From an uncultured Alphaproteobacteria bacterium (GTDB lineage Bacteria > Pseudomonadota > Alphaproteobacteria > RF32 > CAG-239): DNA of 64,000 nt. Below the pieces are notes generated by a model. That model saw only the letters and a program-made list of their open reading frames with translations. It did not search any database and was not told where the DNA came from. Location of the stretch: NCBI GenBank assembly GCA_934271465.1, contig CAKQRQ010000010.1, positions 951 through 64,950 on the forward strand, in the 5' to 3' direction. The first letter of the stretch is position 1. Each line of letters begins with the position of its first letter. This document shows positions 40,073 to 50,527 of the stretch, in pieces. The position numbers and the translations under genes are program-made.

Positions 40073-42037
40073 TTATTGCGCAATACAGCTCAGCCCATCA
40101 TCCGAAAGCTCATATTCAACACCATAGGTGGAACTGCTACACCACCTACAAGAGCAATCATCTTGATAAGATCCGCAATGTTCTATTATGGGGCAATCCG
40201 AACTATTTGAATAGTCAATAACACAACGAATATGTTTTTGTGCACTCTTCTTATTTAATTGAAAGCTTGCCGTCCCTCTCTGAATAGCGACAAAGTAGGT
40301 AGATGAGTTTTCTGTTGAAGTTGCAAGATCTCCTATATGAAAATCATTACCACCCAAAACAGTTTTTGATCCAAACTTTAATGCCGAAGCATCAAAAAGA
40401 CAGACCATGGGATGTCCTTGTCCAATCATCGATAGAACTTCTGCGGCCGCTGGCAAATACCACTTACCTTTATCGGAATCTGTGACGCCATATTTGCTGC
40501 AATATACGGCTGCCGAATTTTCTTCAGCTCCGGCTGCAATGATACAATCTGTATTGGCCTGACCGTCTGTTCTGCTGTTACATCCGGTCTCCGTATTCGC
40601 CAAATTTTCACTCCAAGGAAGAGTAACCTCATCTAAAGATAGAGCTAACAGACGACCTGTATTGACATTGCTAGCCCTAAAAATTATACCTATCGGCGTT
40701 CTGTCTGACGGGAAATTGTCAGGATCATAACAGTTGAAATCATCATAAAGCACCATTCCAGGAACACATTCATCAGCAGAATAAACACATTTATTATCCT
40801 TCAACGTAAATCCTCTGGCGCAAACAGCGCATTCTGTTTCAGAAGCACATTGTTTACAATAATCTACGTCGCACATATCAGCATAGGTATGGCAATAGTT
40901 TTCCCTACAGCTTCCTTCAAATAAATATCCATCAAAAGACCTATCGCAAGCTGTACATTTACAACCAACCCATTCACTATCGTATTCAGAACAATTAGAA
41001 TCCGCTTTATAACATATCTCTCGACACTCATTAGTTTCACTATCAAACAGATATTTTCTAAACCCATTCTTACTGGAACAATCCTCACAAGCACAGGTAT
41101 CTGCATTAAAGGCCTTACCCTCAGCCGCACAAGTCGCCGCAGTCAAAGAACACGAGCAATCATAATAACATTGTGTGACGCTCGCCTCTCCGGCATAACC
41201 CGATCCGATATAAAAGTCGTTGCTACTGCAAGAATAATTTTCCGGTTCCGCATCAAGATAATCAGAATTAACTTCCTGACAATTTCTATAGCACGTGACA
41301 CACTGGCCATTATACAAGCATTTATCCGCACCTTCACAACAATCCGCATCATAACAAGTTGTCTTCTCGGCATTACTTGGAGCTACTCCAATCCAATATT
41401 GTGGATCAACCGGACAATCGTTTGCGGTAGATTGAAGATTTTTTGCCGGACTTTGCGCTGCTCCGGCCGCGGCACAGCTTGGATAATAAGGCGTGCAAAC
41501 ACCATTATCATCAACTTCCGTCGCTTTGCAGCATTTTGAATTATAACAAATTTTCTTTTGGAGAGAAGCATTTCCGTCAATATAAATGACAACTGTTTCG
41601 CAACCCGTATCTTCATCTGAATATCCCGCACTATGGCAATCTTTATAAGGCTTCCGGCAATTCCCGTCAATCTTATAATACCCATCCGGACAGCAATGAA
41701 TATAACAAGTTGTTTCTTCCCCTTTGACATAGATTTTAACCGTGCCGCAGCCTTGAGAAGTCGTATAATAACCGGCATCTTCACAGCTGTCATAATTTGG
41801 ATAACACAACTCGTTGACTTCTATCTTTCCATCAGGGCAGCTGCCGCTTGCCCCGCCGCAAAAAAGCTTGGTTGTATCAAACGGGCATCTGACGATTTGT
41901 TTGCCGTCACATTCCTCAAGGGTATTGACATACCCCATCTCATCACAGGTGGGCTCCACCGACGGACAGTCTTGTGAAGAGGCCGGATTGGCAAGCAATA
42001 TAGCCATAAGTCCGAGAAGAAGATATTTCTTTTCCAT
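40073..42037 (-). CDS. secreted, extremely Cys-rich modular protein with DUF1566-like (GKWYLP) domain
   Basis: Signal peptide MEKKYLLLGLMAILLANPASS; dozens of Cys in repeated CxxxGY...GC modules; DUF1566-like core CSKYGVTDSDKGKWYLPAAAEV; C-terminal DCPIIEHCGSYQDDCSCRWC module homologous to the 8811-10181 C-terminus. Confidence 0.7.
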   Translation of the reverse strand: MEKKYLLLGLMAILLANPASSQDCPSVEPTCDEMGYVNTLEECDGKQIVRCPFDTTKLFCGGASGSCPDGKIEVNELCYPNYDSCEDAGYYTTSQGCGTVKIYVKGEETTCYIHCCPDGYYKIDGNCRKPYKDCHSAGYSDEDTGCETVVIYIDGNASLQKKICYNSKCCKATEVDDNGVCTPYYPSCAAAGAAQSPAKNLQSTANDCPVDPQYWIGVAPSNAEKTTCYDADCCEGADKCLYNGQCVTCYRNCQEVNSDYLDAEPENYSCSSNDFYIGSGYAGEASVTQCYYDCSCSLTAATCAAEGKAFNADTCACEDCSSKNGFRKYLFDSETNECREICYKADSNCSEYDSEWVGCKCTACDRSFDGYLFEGSCRENYCHTYADMCDVDYCKQCASETECAVCARGFTLKDNKCVYSADECVPGMVLYDDFNCYDPDNFPSDRTPIGIIFRASNVNTGRLLALSLDEVTLPWSENLANTETGCNSRTDGQANTDCIIAAGAEENSAAVYCSKYGVTDSDKGKWYLPAAAEVLSMIGQGHPMVCLFDASALKFGSKTVLGGNDFHIGDLATSTENSSTYFVAIQRGTASFQLNKKSAQKHIRCVIDYSNSSDCPIIEHCGSYQDDCSCRWCSSSTYGVEYELSDDGLSCIAQ

Positions 42038-42198
42038 GGGTCAAATCCTCCAAACACAAACGCAGCCGCCGTTTCCAAAAACAGCCACCTATACATATAT
42101 TTTAGTTTAACATCAAATAATTAAAAAAACAATAACTTTTATTTTGATTAAAAAAAGCTCCGATTCCTCGGAGCTTTTCAAATAAGCAGGCTTTTGCC

Positions 42199-43554
42199 TT
42201 AAGCTGACTTTTTAGAAGCTTTCTTAGCCGGCTTTTTGGCATCGTCAAAGCGATACAATTCCTCAACCGAAACCTTTTTATCGTTCAATTTGGCCAATGA
42301 AACAATATGGTCAATGATTTTTTCTTCAAAAATCGGCGCCTTCAAAGCCTCAACAGCCTGTTTATTCTTCAGATAATAATCTAAAACAGCCTGTTCCTGC
42401 CCCGGATATCTCTTAGCCTCGTTCATAATAGCGGCGTTGATATCTTCCGGCTTAATCGAAACTTTGGCATTCTGTCCGACCTCAGACAACAACAAGCCCA
42501 ATTTAACGCGGCGGATAGCAATATCTTTGTATTCTTTAAGCAAATCAGCCTCTTTTTTGCTCTTTTCTTCTTCATCAAGTTGGTTATATTTCTTAGCCTG
42601 TTCATATTGGTTGACAATAGCTTTGTATTCCGCATCAACCAAAGACTCCGGAACTTCAAAAGAATATTCCTTATCCAAAACATCCAACAACTGGCGTTTC
42701 AATTTCATGCGGGAGGCATTTTCATAGTCGGATTTAATACGCTTTTCCAAAGTCTCCCTCAATTTAGCAAGGCTCTCCGCGCCCAAAGACTTGGCCAACT
42801 CGTCATTAATCTCAACCTCTTTAGGCTCGCGGACTTCTTTAACCGTTACGGCAAAGACAGCGTCCTTGTCCGCCAAATCTTTGGCATGGTAATTGGCAGG
42901 AAATTTAACCTTAACATCTACCTTTTTACCGGCTTCAACCCCGATAAGCTGATCTTCAAATCCGGGGATAAACGAACCTGAGCCCAGCTCCAAAGGATAA
43001 TTATCGCCCTTGCCGCCCTTAAATTCGACACCGCCGACCGACCCGACAAAGTCAATCATAACTGTATCACCCTTAGCGGCCTTTTTGCCGTCGACTTTAA
43101 CAGTCTCTTTGCGGGCCTGAGCCAAATATTTGACAGCCTTGTCAACTTCCTCGGCCGGAACATCGGCAACAAATTTATCCAAAGAAATCTTCGAAAAATC
43201 ACCGAGCTTAATTTCAGGCAAAACCTCAACATCCATCTCAAATTCAAGATCTTTGCCCTCGCCGAAAGCCGTAATTTTAACGGCAGGCTGAGTTGCCGGA
43301 CGAAGTTTCTTCTCGTCCAAAACCTTGTTTGAGCCGTTGCGGACGGAATCATCCAAAGCCTCGCCCATCACTTCTTTTTCAAATTTTTTCTTAATCATGG
43401 CCAAAGGCGCTTTGCCGGCTCTGAATCCTTGAATTTTGGCAGTCTTGGCAATCTGAGCCAATTTCGCGTCAACCTCTTTGGCAAATTCTTCCTTGGGCAT
43501 AACGACTTTATAAGATTTTTTGAGCCCTTTGGCTTTTAATTCGGTAACTTTCAT
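42199..43554 (-). CDS. tig: trigger factor
   Basis: 451-aa ORF with N-terminal ribosome-binding domain, FKBP-like middle and C-terminal arms. Confidence 0.9.
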   Translation of the reverse strand: MKVTELKAKGLKKSYKVVMPKEEFAKEVDAKLAQIAKTAKIQGFRAGKAPLAMIKKKFEKEVMGEALDDSVRNGSNKVLDEKKLRPATQPAVKITAFGEGKDLEFEMDVEVLPEIKLGDFSKISLDKFVADVPAEEVDKAVKYLAQARKETVKVDGKKAAKGDTVMIDFVGSVGGVEFKGGKGDNYPLELGSGSFIPGFEDQLIGVEAGKKVDVKVKFPANYHAKDLADKDAVFAVTVKEVREPKEVEINDELAKSLGAESLAKLRETLEKRIKSDYENASRMKLKRQLLDVLDKEYSFEVPESLVDAEYKAIVNQYEQAKKYNQLDEEEKSKKEADLLKEYKDIAIRRVKLGLLLSEVGQNAKVSIKPEDINAAIMNEAKRYPGQEQAVLDYYLKNKQAVEALKAPIFEEKIIDHIVSLAKLNDKKVSVEELYRFDDAKKPAKKASKKSA

Positions 43555-43601
43555 TTAACTTCTCTCTTTTCAATATTATAAGACCACTTTTGGCTTGAAA
43601 G

Positions 43602-43686
43602 TGGTGCGGGCGAAGGGACTTGAACCCCCACTCCTTACGGAACCAGATCCTAAGTCTGGCGCGTCTGCCAGTTCCGCCACGCCCGC
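43602..43686 (-). tRNA. tRNA-Leu (anticodon UAG)
   Basis: Reverse complement GCGGGCGTGGCGGAACTGGCAGACGCGCCAGACTTAGGATCTGG...GGGGGTTCAAGTCCCTTCGCCCGCACCA folds with a 7-bp acceptor stem, long variable arm, anticodon loop CTTAGGA, and terminal CCA. Confidence 0.85.
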
Positions 43687-43844
43687 TTTGGGTTGCAAAA
43701 CAGCCGTTTAATTGCCCAAATACTACCTTAATATTTTTTTAAATCAAGCATAAATTCACAATGCAAACAAAATTATTGTAATATGTTTCAATCTTTTATA
43801 AGATAGGCATAAATCAAATTTTATTTATGAGGTCGAGACATTAA

Positions 43845-45086
43845 ATGTTTTCACGTTATTTTACAAAAAGTTTGCTTTGCGCAACGGCTCTGAGCCTGCT
43901 TTCGGCGTGCGCCGTTGTCGATAAAAAAGACACTCCTGAGGAGTCCAACTGGTTTGTCCGTCTGTTTGAAAAAGACGGCCAAACCGACGCCGACCGCGCC
44001 ACTTTGGCTTATTCAAACGGTCTGTTTCAAAAGACTCTCGAATATTCGACCGAAGCCCTCAAGGCCAACCCGCGCAACCAGCAGGCTCTTTTGGTCGGCG
44101 CTTTGGCGGCGGAAAAGCTCGGCCGTTATAACAAAGCTCGCCAATATTACGAGGATTTGATCATTATCAACGGAACCGAGACCTCTATTTTGGGCTCTTC
44201 CGACGGCCAACCGCAAAAAATTTCGGAGATTGCCAAAAACAACTTGCGCGCCATTACCATTGCGCAGAGCAACTTGACCATTGAAAACCGCGACGGCACC
44301 AAGCATTTTGCCATTGCCGAAGACGCCGGCGCCCTTCAGAGCAAAGCGACTATCGCCCAAGCCCTGAGCAAAAAGGACATTCCGGCTGTTCGGTCTCAGC
44401 CCGTCGGGATTGATGACATTTTCTCCCCCGAGGAGCAAAATATCGTATCCAGATTCCTTATCTTAAAAGAACTGGCTGAAAAAGATTTTATTACCAAAGA
44501 CGAATTTTTATCCCGCCGCTCGGCCAACATCGGCGGATTGCTTCCGTTGACGCGCCAAGCGCCGGGGATTGGCATTGATCAGCCCGTTCCCTCGCCCGAT
44601 TTGATTATTGAGCGTCTGGAAATCTTAAAAGAAGGCGTTGAAAACCGCGCCATTACGCCGCGGGAATTTTCGGCCGAACGCGATGTGATTATCGAGGCTT
44701 TGATGTCGCCGGCTCCGCGCCAGCGGCTTAAAAACAAAGCCCCGTCCAAAAATATCTTAGATGCGGCCAAAGACCTCCGCAGATTGGAAGTTTTGTCCAA
44801 TCTTAACCTGATTACGGATTCTGAACACACCGCCGAAAAGAAAGCTGTTGAAAAATATTTGGGCATCGGCCGCGCACCGGCCAAACCTGCCGCAAAACCT
44901 GTTGCAAAGATTCAGCCCAAACCGGCGGAAAAAGAATGCAATCCGACGGAAAAAGTCAAACCAGAGGTTAAAGAAACTGTTGCCGCTGCTCCTGCAAAAA
45001 CAACAGTAACCATGACAGAAACTGTTTCTCCGGCGCCGGTTCAGCCTGTTCAGGCAGCCGCGCCAGACGTCACAAGCCCGTTCTAA
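43845..45086 (+). CDS. lipoprotein with TPR-like region and three SHOCT-like repeats
   Basis: Lipobox LLSAC; repeated motifs DFITKDEFLSRRSANIG, RAITPREFSAERDVIIE and LITDSEHTAEKKAVEKYLG; Pro/Ala/Lys-rich tail. Confidence 0.5.
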   Translation: MFSRYFTKSLLCATALSLLSACAVVDKKDTPEESNWFVRLFEKDGQTDADRATLAYSNGLFQKTLEYSTEALKANPRNQQALLVGALAAEKLGRYNKARQYYEDLIIINGTETSILGSSDGQPQKISEIAKNNLRAITIAQSNLTIENRDGTKHFAIAEDAGALQSKATIAQALSKKDIPAVRSQPVGIDDIFSPEEQNIVSRFLILKELAEKDFITKDEFLSRRSANIGGLLPLTRQAPGIGIDQPVPSPDLIIERLEILKEGVENRAITPREFSAERDVIIEALMSPAPRQRLKNKAPSKNILDAAKDLRRLEVLSNLNLITDSEHTAEKKAVEKYLGIGRAPAKPAAKPVAKIQPKPAEKECNPTEKVKPEVKETVAAAPAKTTVTMTETVSPAPVQPVQAAAPDVTSPF

Positions 45087-45117
45087 TCAGACACCAACGT
45101 TCAAAAAAAAGCGGTTT
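45087..45117. terminator. bidirectional rho-independent terminator
   Basis: aaaaaaaagcggtttctaaaccgcttttttt between convergent genes. Confidence 0.7.
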
Positions 45118-46131
45118 CTAAACCGCTTTTTTTGTATCTTGATTGGCAATTTCCTGCATTCTGAAAAGCTTAAGCCGCTCAATCTGCTGTTTCTTAACAT
45201 ATTTGAGATATCCCTCATAGCCGAACAGCACAAAGGCCGACAAAATCAACGGCAGTAGGTAATAGATAATGCGGTAAGCCAACAGCGCGCCAAACAGCAT
45301 CGCCCGATTATGGTCGCCGGGGATAATATACATAAACAGCCCCTCAAACACGCCCAATCCGCCGGGAACCTGACTGAACACGCCCAAAACCTGCGCAATG
45401 ATAAACACGCCCATAAAGGTCGAAAACGGAATATCGACAAAGGCAATCAGCGAGAAATAGAGCACCAGCGAGGCCATCAAAATATCCGCACCCCCGATAA
45501 TGACCTGAGCCAAAGCCATGGGCGGCCGCGGCATATCAAGCTCAACGCCTTTGATAATCAAAGGTTTGCGATACCAGATGCTCAAAGCAAAATACCCCAA
45601 AAGGCCGACTGCCGAAATCAGCGTGACTACCTCGGTTGTCAGTTTTGACACGGAACCGTCGCCAAAAGCGTGATTCGGCGTGATAAAATAGCCGATGATA
45701 ATCAGCAAAAAGCACGCGACCAAATAAGTAAAGCCCGAAAACGTAACCATGCGGACAATCTCGGTGCCTCTGAAACGCCATCTGGTATAGAGGCGATAGC
45801 GGATTGTGCCGCCGGAAACAATGGCATGACCGGCGTTGTTGCTGACCGAAAAGCCGATAAATCCGGCAAAAATCCATTTCCACGGCGCAAGCTTCCGCCC
45901 GATGTAGCGCAAGGCCAAATAATCATACGAGGACAACGCGACATAGCCCAAAAACGACGCCGCGCACGCCATCAACAGATTGTGCGGCGGGATAGACATC
46001 AAAGCATTTTTGATGTCCTCAAGGCTGTATTTTGAAAGCTGGCGATAGAGCATATACGCCGCCACGCCAAAGAAAAACAGCCCCGCCCAAGAGAGAGCCT
46101 TTTTGAGAATCTTTTTTGTCTGAACCGCCAT
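45118..46131 (-). CDS. UPF0104 / lysylphosphatidylglycerol-synthase-TM-like (flippase-like) membrane protein
   Basis: About 8 TM helices, start at MAVQTKKILKK; last gene of the minus-strand glycan operon. Confidence 0.55.
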   Translation of the reverse strand: MAVQTKKILKKALSWAGLFFFGVAAYMLYRQLSKYSLEDIKNALMSIPPHNLLMACAASFLGYVALSSYDYLALRYIGRKLAPWKWIFAGFIGFSVSNNAGHAIVSGGTIRYRLYTRWRFRGTEIVRMVTFSGFTYLVACFLLIIIGYFITPNHAFGDGSVSKLTTEVVTLISAVGLLGYFALSIWYRKPLIIKGVELDMPRPPMALAQVIIGGADILMASLVLYFSLIAFVDIPFSTFMGVFIIAQVLGVFSQVPGGLGVFEGLFMYIIPGDHNRAMLFGALLAYRIIYYLLPLILSAFVLFGYEGYLKYVKKQQIERLKLFRMQEIANQDTKKAV

Positions 46132-46256
46132 TTGATGCCTCTGTAAAAATAAATAAACCCAACTGTGACAAGTTATAATTTGAATATACATAACCGTCAA
46201 TATTTAAAATATAATTACCTTGGCAAAAATTTTTGGAAAGAAAAGAGTGTGGTAAA

Positions 46257-47204
46257 CTAAATTTTCTGCAAAAGTAATTTCTTATAATATTTAGGCAAAA
46301 AAACAAAACCATAACTTTTTGCCAAAAATTTACGCACCTTATAAAAAGGAATAGTTTTCAGAAGTTTTGCAATTTTTTCTATCCGACTTACAAGTTCTGG
46401 ATGACGATAAATACTCCCAGAATAAGTCATCGTGCAAATACCGTTATAGCGTTTTTTGTATTCATAATCACCGCCCAATAAATAAGCTTTTTTCTTATGA
46501 TTATTAATCCAGCTCTCAATAATATTATGATAAAGAACCATTCCGATAGAGTATTTAGAATACTCAAGGTCATAGGCAAAATTTTCAAAATAGACATTTT
46601 CTTTATTTGTCTCTGAATCAAAACCGATAGCTATAATTTTACTGCCAGTTTTCAATAAATATGCATTAGAAACGCCAAAATCTTTTAAATACAAATTAGG
46701 ATCATATGAAAAATCGTGAGATATTTTTTTCCAAGATAAATACAAATCAACAATATCTTGAGAAATCATTTCTTTCTCTATTTTTTCAAAACAAATATTT
46801 CCAACCTCTGTCAACAACTTTTTGGCATAATATCTGGCATGTTGTCTTTCTTTTCCCGAAAGTTGAGCATCAAATTCCTCAATAGTTTGAGGCAAATCAA
46901 TATGCCAATGCGGCGCCGCTTTAATAGTTGAAAAAGGAGTATAAGTATGCAAAATAGAAATTTCTAAAATATTAGAATTCGAAGAAAACACATAATTCGC
47001 AAACTCTAGCAAATTTTCTTTTCCTATATTTCTCAAATACAATCCAGCCAGACAAACATTGCCCTGCAAATGAATCGGAATCAATATTCCACTATCTAAC
47101 TCAACTAAATTATAATCTGTTCCAAATAGTAAATCAAATCTGTTATGTATAACATCAGGATCTATATTAAACAGCTTTGCTTTTAACAATTTCGCCATCA
47201 TCAA
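46257..47204 (-). CDS. putative FemAB/CelD-like (GNAT-fold) acyltransferase
   Basis: 315-aa AT-rich ORF; weak resemblance to Acetyltransf_6/FemAB family; C-terminal IPFYKVRKFLAK motif. Confidence 0.35.
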   Translation of the reverse strand: MMMAKLLKAKLFNIDPDVIHNRFDLLFGTDYNLVELDSGILIPIHLQGNVCLAGLYLRNIGKENLLEFANYVFSSNSNILEISILHTYTPFSTIKAAPHWHIDLPQTIEEFDAQLSGKERQHARYYAKKLLTEVGNICFEKIEKEMISQDIVDLYLSWKKISHDFSYDPNLYLKDFGVSNAYLLKTGSKIIAIGFDSETNKENVYFENFAYDLEYSKYSIGMVLYHNIIESWINNHKKKAYLLGGDYEYKKRYNGICTMTYSGSIYRHPELVSRIEKIAKLLKTIPFYKVRKFLAKSYGFVFLPKYYKKLLLQKI

Positions 47205-47229
47205 TCTCTAAATAATTAAATTTACAGTT

Positions 47230-48186
47230 CTAATATTTTAAAAATAGCTTAAATTTTTTTCTGATTTTCTTTATCGGAAAAAGACAAACAACAGGCCTTA
47301 AAATCAACTTAATAAACGACATAAATAGCAATTTATATTTAATCTTGTTCAAATCAATACATAAACTCTGCAATGCGCACAATAACTCTCTTTGCACTTT
47401 AAATACTTCCTCATCACTAATATCATAATTTTTAACAAGATTATTCAAATCCGCTTCACAAAATTCATAATTCGATAAATCTAAAGGTTCCTTTTGTTTA
47501 TTAAATACAGAATAGTAATCATAAAATTTATAGCGGCTAGTTGTTTCTTCTGAAATCCTAACCCACTGATTGGGAATACGTAAAGCATCACACGCTATTA
47601 GCGGATGCATCGCCGTAGAAATAACGGCTTTACACTCACACATATCATGCAAAAATTTGTCAACAGAAAGCGTAGCATCTAAAATTTTGGAATTTGGTAT
47701 ACGCCCCGTAATTTTGGAAAAAACTTTGCTATCTCTATCTGCATAATGAGGCACTATTCCTAATTCATATTTCTTTTCAATCTTATCAGAATCAATAAGG
47801 TAACTAACTAACAAACCACCATCACCTAAAACAGCTCCAGTCGAATGGCCTAACATTTTAGATATACGAGCCTCCGTTAATTTACCACGAAGAGCATAAC
47901 ACTTTACATTACGCCTTAATTTTTCTGGTAAAATAATATTAGGATTATGAAAAAATTTTCCCTCCTCAAAGCCTATACCCGTAGAAAATAACCAAATAGG
48001 GTTTTCTTTAAATATATGGTCTTTAGTATCCATTAAGAGCATATCGCCTAAAGAACCTATTCCCATAATCATCGCAAAATCCACAGGAGCAAATCTAATT
48101 TTAATTTTTGCTAATTTAGAAAAAATAATAGGATTCAAAGCATCTCCAAAATTAGGTATATCACAGTAAAAAAAAGGAATTTTCAT
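47230..48186 (-). CDS. polysaccharide pyruvyl transferase family protein
   Basis: N-terminal FFYCDIPNFGDALNPIIF is typical of PS_pyruv_trans (CsaB/WcaK-like); C-terminal FPIKKIRKKFK motif. Confidence 0.6.
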   Translation of the reverse strand: MKIPFFYCDIPNFGDALNPIIFSKLAKIKIRFAPVDFAMIMGIGSLGDMLLMDTKDHIFKENPIWLFSTGIGFEEGKFFHNPNIILPEKLRRNVKCYALRGKLTEARISKMLGHSTGAVLGDGGLLVSYLIDSDKIEKKYELGIVPHYADRDSKVFSKITGRIPNSKILDATLSVDKFLHDMCECKAVISTAMHPLIACDALRIPNQWVRISEETTSRYKFYDYYSVFNKQKEPLDLSNYEFCEADLNNLVKNYDISDEEVFKVQRELLCALQSLCIDLNKIKYKLLFMSFIKLILRPVVCLFPIKKIRKKFKLFLKY

Positions 48187-48224
48187 TATATTTTCTCCAA
48201 ATTTTATAAAAAAATAATTTGCTG

Positions 48225-48812
48225 TTATTTCAAATAATTTTTAAAAATATCCTCTCTAACCCACTCTCTTGGCAATTCATTCACTTGAGGATAACTCATA
48301 CAAGCCTCATCCAAATTGTCATAATTTAACTTATCTCTCCACCCAACTATTTTAGCAGGATTGCCTGCTACTATAGCATACTTGGGAATACTTTTAGTTA
48401 CAACACTACCTGCACCAACAATTACACCATCATCTATTTTTACTCCACCTAATATGATACATCTAACACCTATCCATACGTTTCGGCCAATTTCGACATG
48501 TCTCAATAAACCTATATGATCATAGGGAATGCGCGTAGAACTCTTATAATTATGACAGGTAGTGAGAATTAAAGAATCTTCTCCTAACTTCGAATATTCA
48601 CCTATTGAAATCCCCCCCTCAGCATACAATTTACATCCCCTTCCTATATACACATTACCACCAAGTTCAATGTTTTCAATAAACCGACATTCTGCTGTTG
48701 GTTCAATAACATTTTCCTTGTAAATTTTTGGCAAATGTTCTTTTTTGTATTCAATTTGTAGTTTTTTACGAATTTTCTTTAATGGTATTAAATTTATCAT
48801 CCATTTTTTCAT
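48225..48812 (-). CDS. hexapeptide-repeat (LbH) O-acetyltransferase
   Basis: Left-handed beta-helix repeats (NVYIGRGCKL, IGRNVWIGVRCIILGGVKIDDGVIVGAGSVV); N-terminal LIPLKKIRKKL motif. Confidence 0.75.
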   Translation of the reverse strand: MKKWMINLIPLKKIRKKLQIEYKKEHLPKIYKENVIEPTAECRFIENIELGGNVYIGRGCKLYAEGGISIGEYSKLGEDSLILTTCHNYKSSTRIPYDHIGLLRHVEIGRNVWIGVRCIILGGVKIDDGVIVGAGSVVTKSIPKYAIVAGNPAKIVGWRDKLNYDNLDEACMSYPQVNELPREWVREDIFKNYLK

Positions 48813-49555
48813 AATTTGCCTTTCAAATACCTTGTGATAGGAATGAGTCTAAATGCCTCAGCATAATTTACATTATTCGCCATACACCCCCTATAAATAT
48901 TCAATCCCAATATGCGTGGAATTAAATTATATTTTACCCATTGCGATTTATACAACTTTAGAGCTTGTTTTTTTACAGAGACAACCTGTGAGATATCTTC
49001 ATAATAATTTGGAGATTTAAGAGGAGACCAAACTTCATAAAAGCCTATAATTGTATCTTTATTATAGCCTTTTCTACGTATAATTTCTTTAGCAAGAACA
49101 TTTGTTATGTATTTATGTTCTATATGTTCATCATAAGGATTAGGCAAAAAAATATAATCATACCTTAATATATCTAACACAGCACAATAATCTTGAAACA
49201 TTTCGTTAATTTGATCAATAAAGGGAGGCTTTCCAAAAGTTTTAAATATCCACCTATTTTGAACCCCCAACATATCCATAACTTTGTTAAATTCCACAAT
49301 CCTAATATCAGCCCGTTCTTCAGCTTGAATATCTCCATAAGCAACCCCTGAGCTTGAAACACAACAAACATCAAAATTTTTAGTATATTTAATAAGCATT
49401 CCTCCCATCCCTAGCATTTCATCATCTGGATGAGGAGCAATCAAAAGACATCGTGTATCACTTTCTATGCTTAAATCAATGTGACGAAAATAATATTTTC
49501 GTAGTTTATGCCTTAATTTCTTATTAGGAATAAAATTTATTAACCACTTCCACAC
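48809..49555 (-). CDS. PIG-L/LmbE family N-acetylglucosaminyl deacetylase
   Basis: LLIAPHPDDEMLGMGG motif; N-terminal FIPNKKLRHKL motif. Confidence 0.75.
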   Translation of the reverse strand: MWKWLINFIPNKKLRHKLRKYYFRHIDLSIESDTRCLLIAPHPDDEMLGMGGMLIKYTKNFDVCCVSSSGVAYGDIQAEERADIRIVEFNKVMDMLGVQNRWIFKTFGKPPFIDQINEMFQDYCAVLDILRYDYIFLPNPYDEHIEHKYITNVLAKEIIRRKGYNKDTIIGFYEVWSPLKSPNYYEDISQVVSVKKQALKLYKSQWVKYNLIPRILGLNIYRGCMANNVNYAEAFRLIPITRYLKGKL

Positions 49556-49567
49556 AATACAAACCCC

Positions 49568-50527
49568 TCATCTTTTCACATTATATAAAGACTTGCGCAT
49601 TCTTTTTAATTTTTTGCGAAAAGTTTTTATCGGCATTAATTTTAAACAGAGCCACAAAAAAAACGACTTAAGATAAACAATGTTTGTCGGAAAAAAATAA
49701 TCTTTGTTATAAAAAGGTGAAGTTTCAATATATGAAAAATATTCTTTTGATATTTCAGTATATGCTCTATTCCATATTTTAGGATTCCTTCCAGCATAGT
49801 GAATAATTTTAGGATTAGCCTTTGCTTCCTGAAGCTCTGCATCAGAATACACATGTGAAAGCCAAGGATACTCAGGAGCTAAATTTATAGGGTAATCAAA
49901 TATATTCTCCAAAACACAATAATTAAAAGGTATTTCCAAAATCTTATCAACAGACAAATTCAAAACATCTAAGTCAAACATTTTTAATTCTGAGTTAAAA
50001 TCCTTTATAGTCTGAAAAAAACGCGAAAGCATATTTTTATTTCGCCATTGTTTAGCATTTATAAGCATAAAACCAGACATATAAATATACGGTTTGGAAT
50101 TTGACTTGAAATGCGTATGAACACCATTCTTTTCATCCTGCCGTTCAGCTACAACCCCTGCCCAATCATAATCAGATAAATCCATATTATATATCTCTGT
50201 CAAATCTCCACGAAATAAAACATCAACATCTGACCAAATTATTTTATCATATTCTTTAACAACATCCGCAATAAGCAATCTATAATAAACAGATATTGGC
50301 CAATTCTCTGAGATTGGTGCATTAGAAAAAAAATCACATACTTTAATCCATCTAATATATGGACATACGCACCCCATTTTGGAAATTGTCTTTTCACTCA
50401 AATTTCCATATAATACAATTATGTCATATTCTGTATCAAAGTTCCTATGTTTTAATAAAGATGAAATAGCAATACTTGCGGGAAGAGCATACCTATCATC
50501 AAAAGCAAAAACTATGGGTATTTTCAT
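49568..50527 (-). CDS. glycosyltransferase family 8
   Basis: IVFAFDDRYALPASIAISSLL, YYRLLIADV..., DVDVL (DxD); C-terminal MPIKTFRKKLK motif. Confidence 0.75.
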   Translation of the reverse strand: MKIPIVFAFDDRYALPASIAISSLLKHRNFDTEYDIIVLYGNLSEKTISKMGCVCPYIRWIKVCDFFSNAPISENWPISVYYRLLIADVVKEYDKIIWSDVDVLFRGDLTEIYNMDLSDYDWAGVVAERQDEKNGVHTHFKSNSKPYIYMSGFMLINAKQWRNKNMLSRFFQTIKDFNSELKMFDLDVLNLSVDKILEIPFNYCVLENIFDYPINLAPEYPWLSHVYSDAELQEAKANPKIIHYAGRNPKIWNRAYTEISKEYFSYIETSPFYNKDYFFPTNIVYLKSFFLWLCLKLMPIKTFRKKLKRMRKSLYNVKR

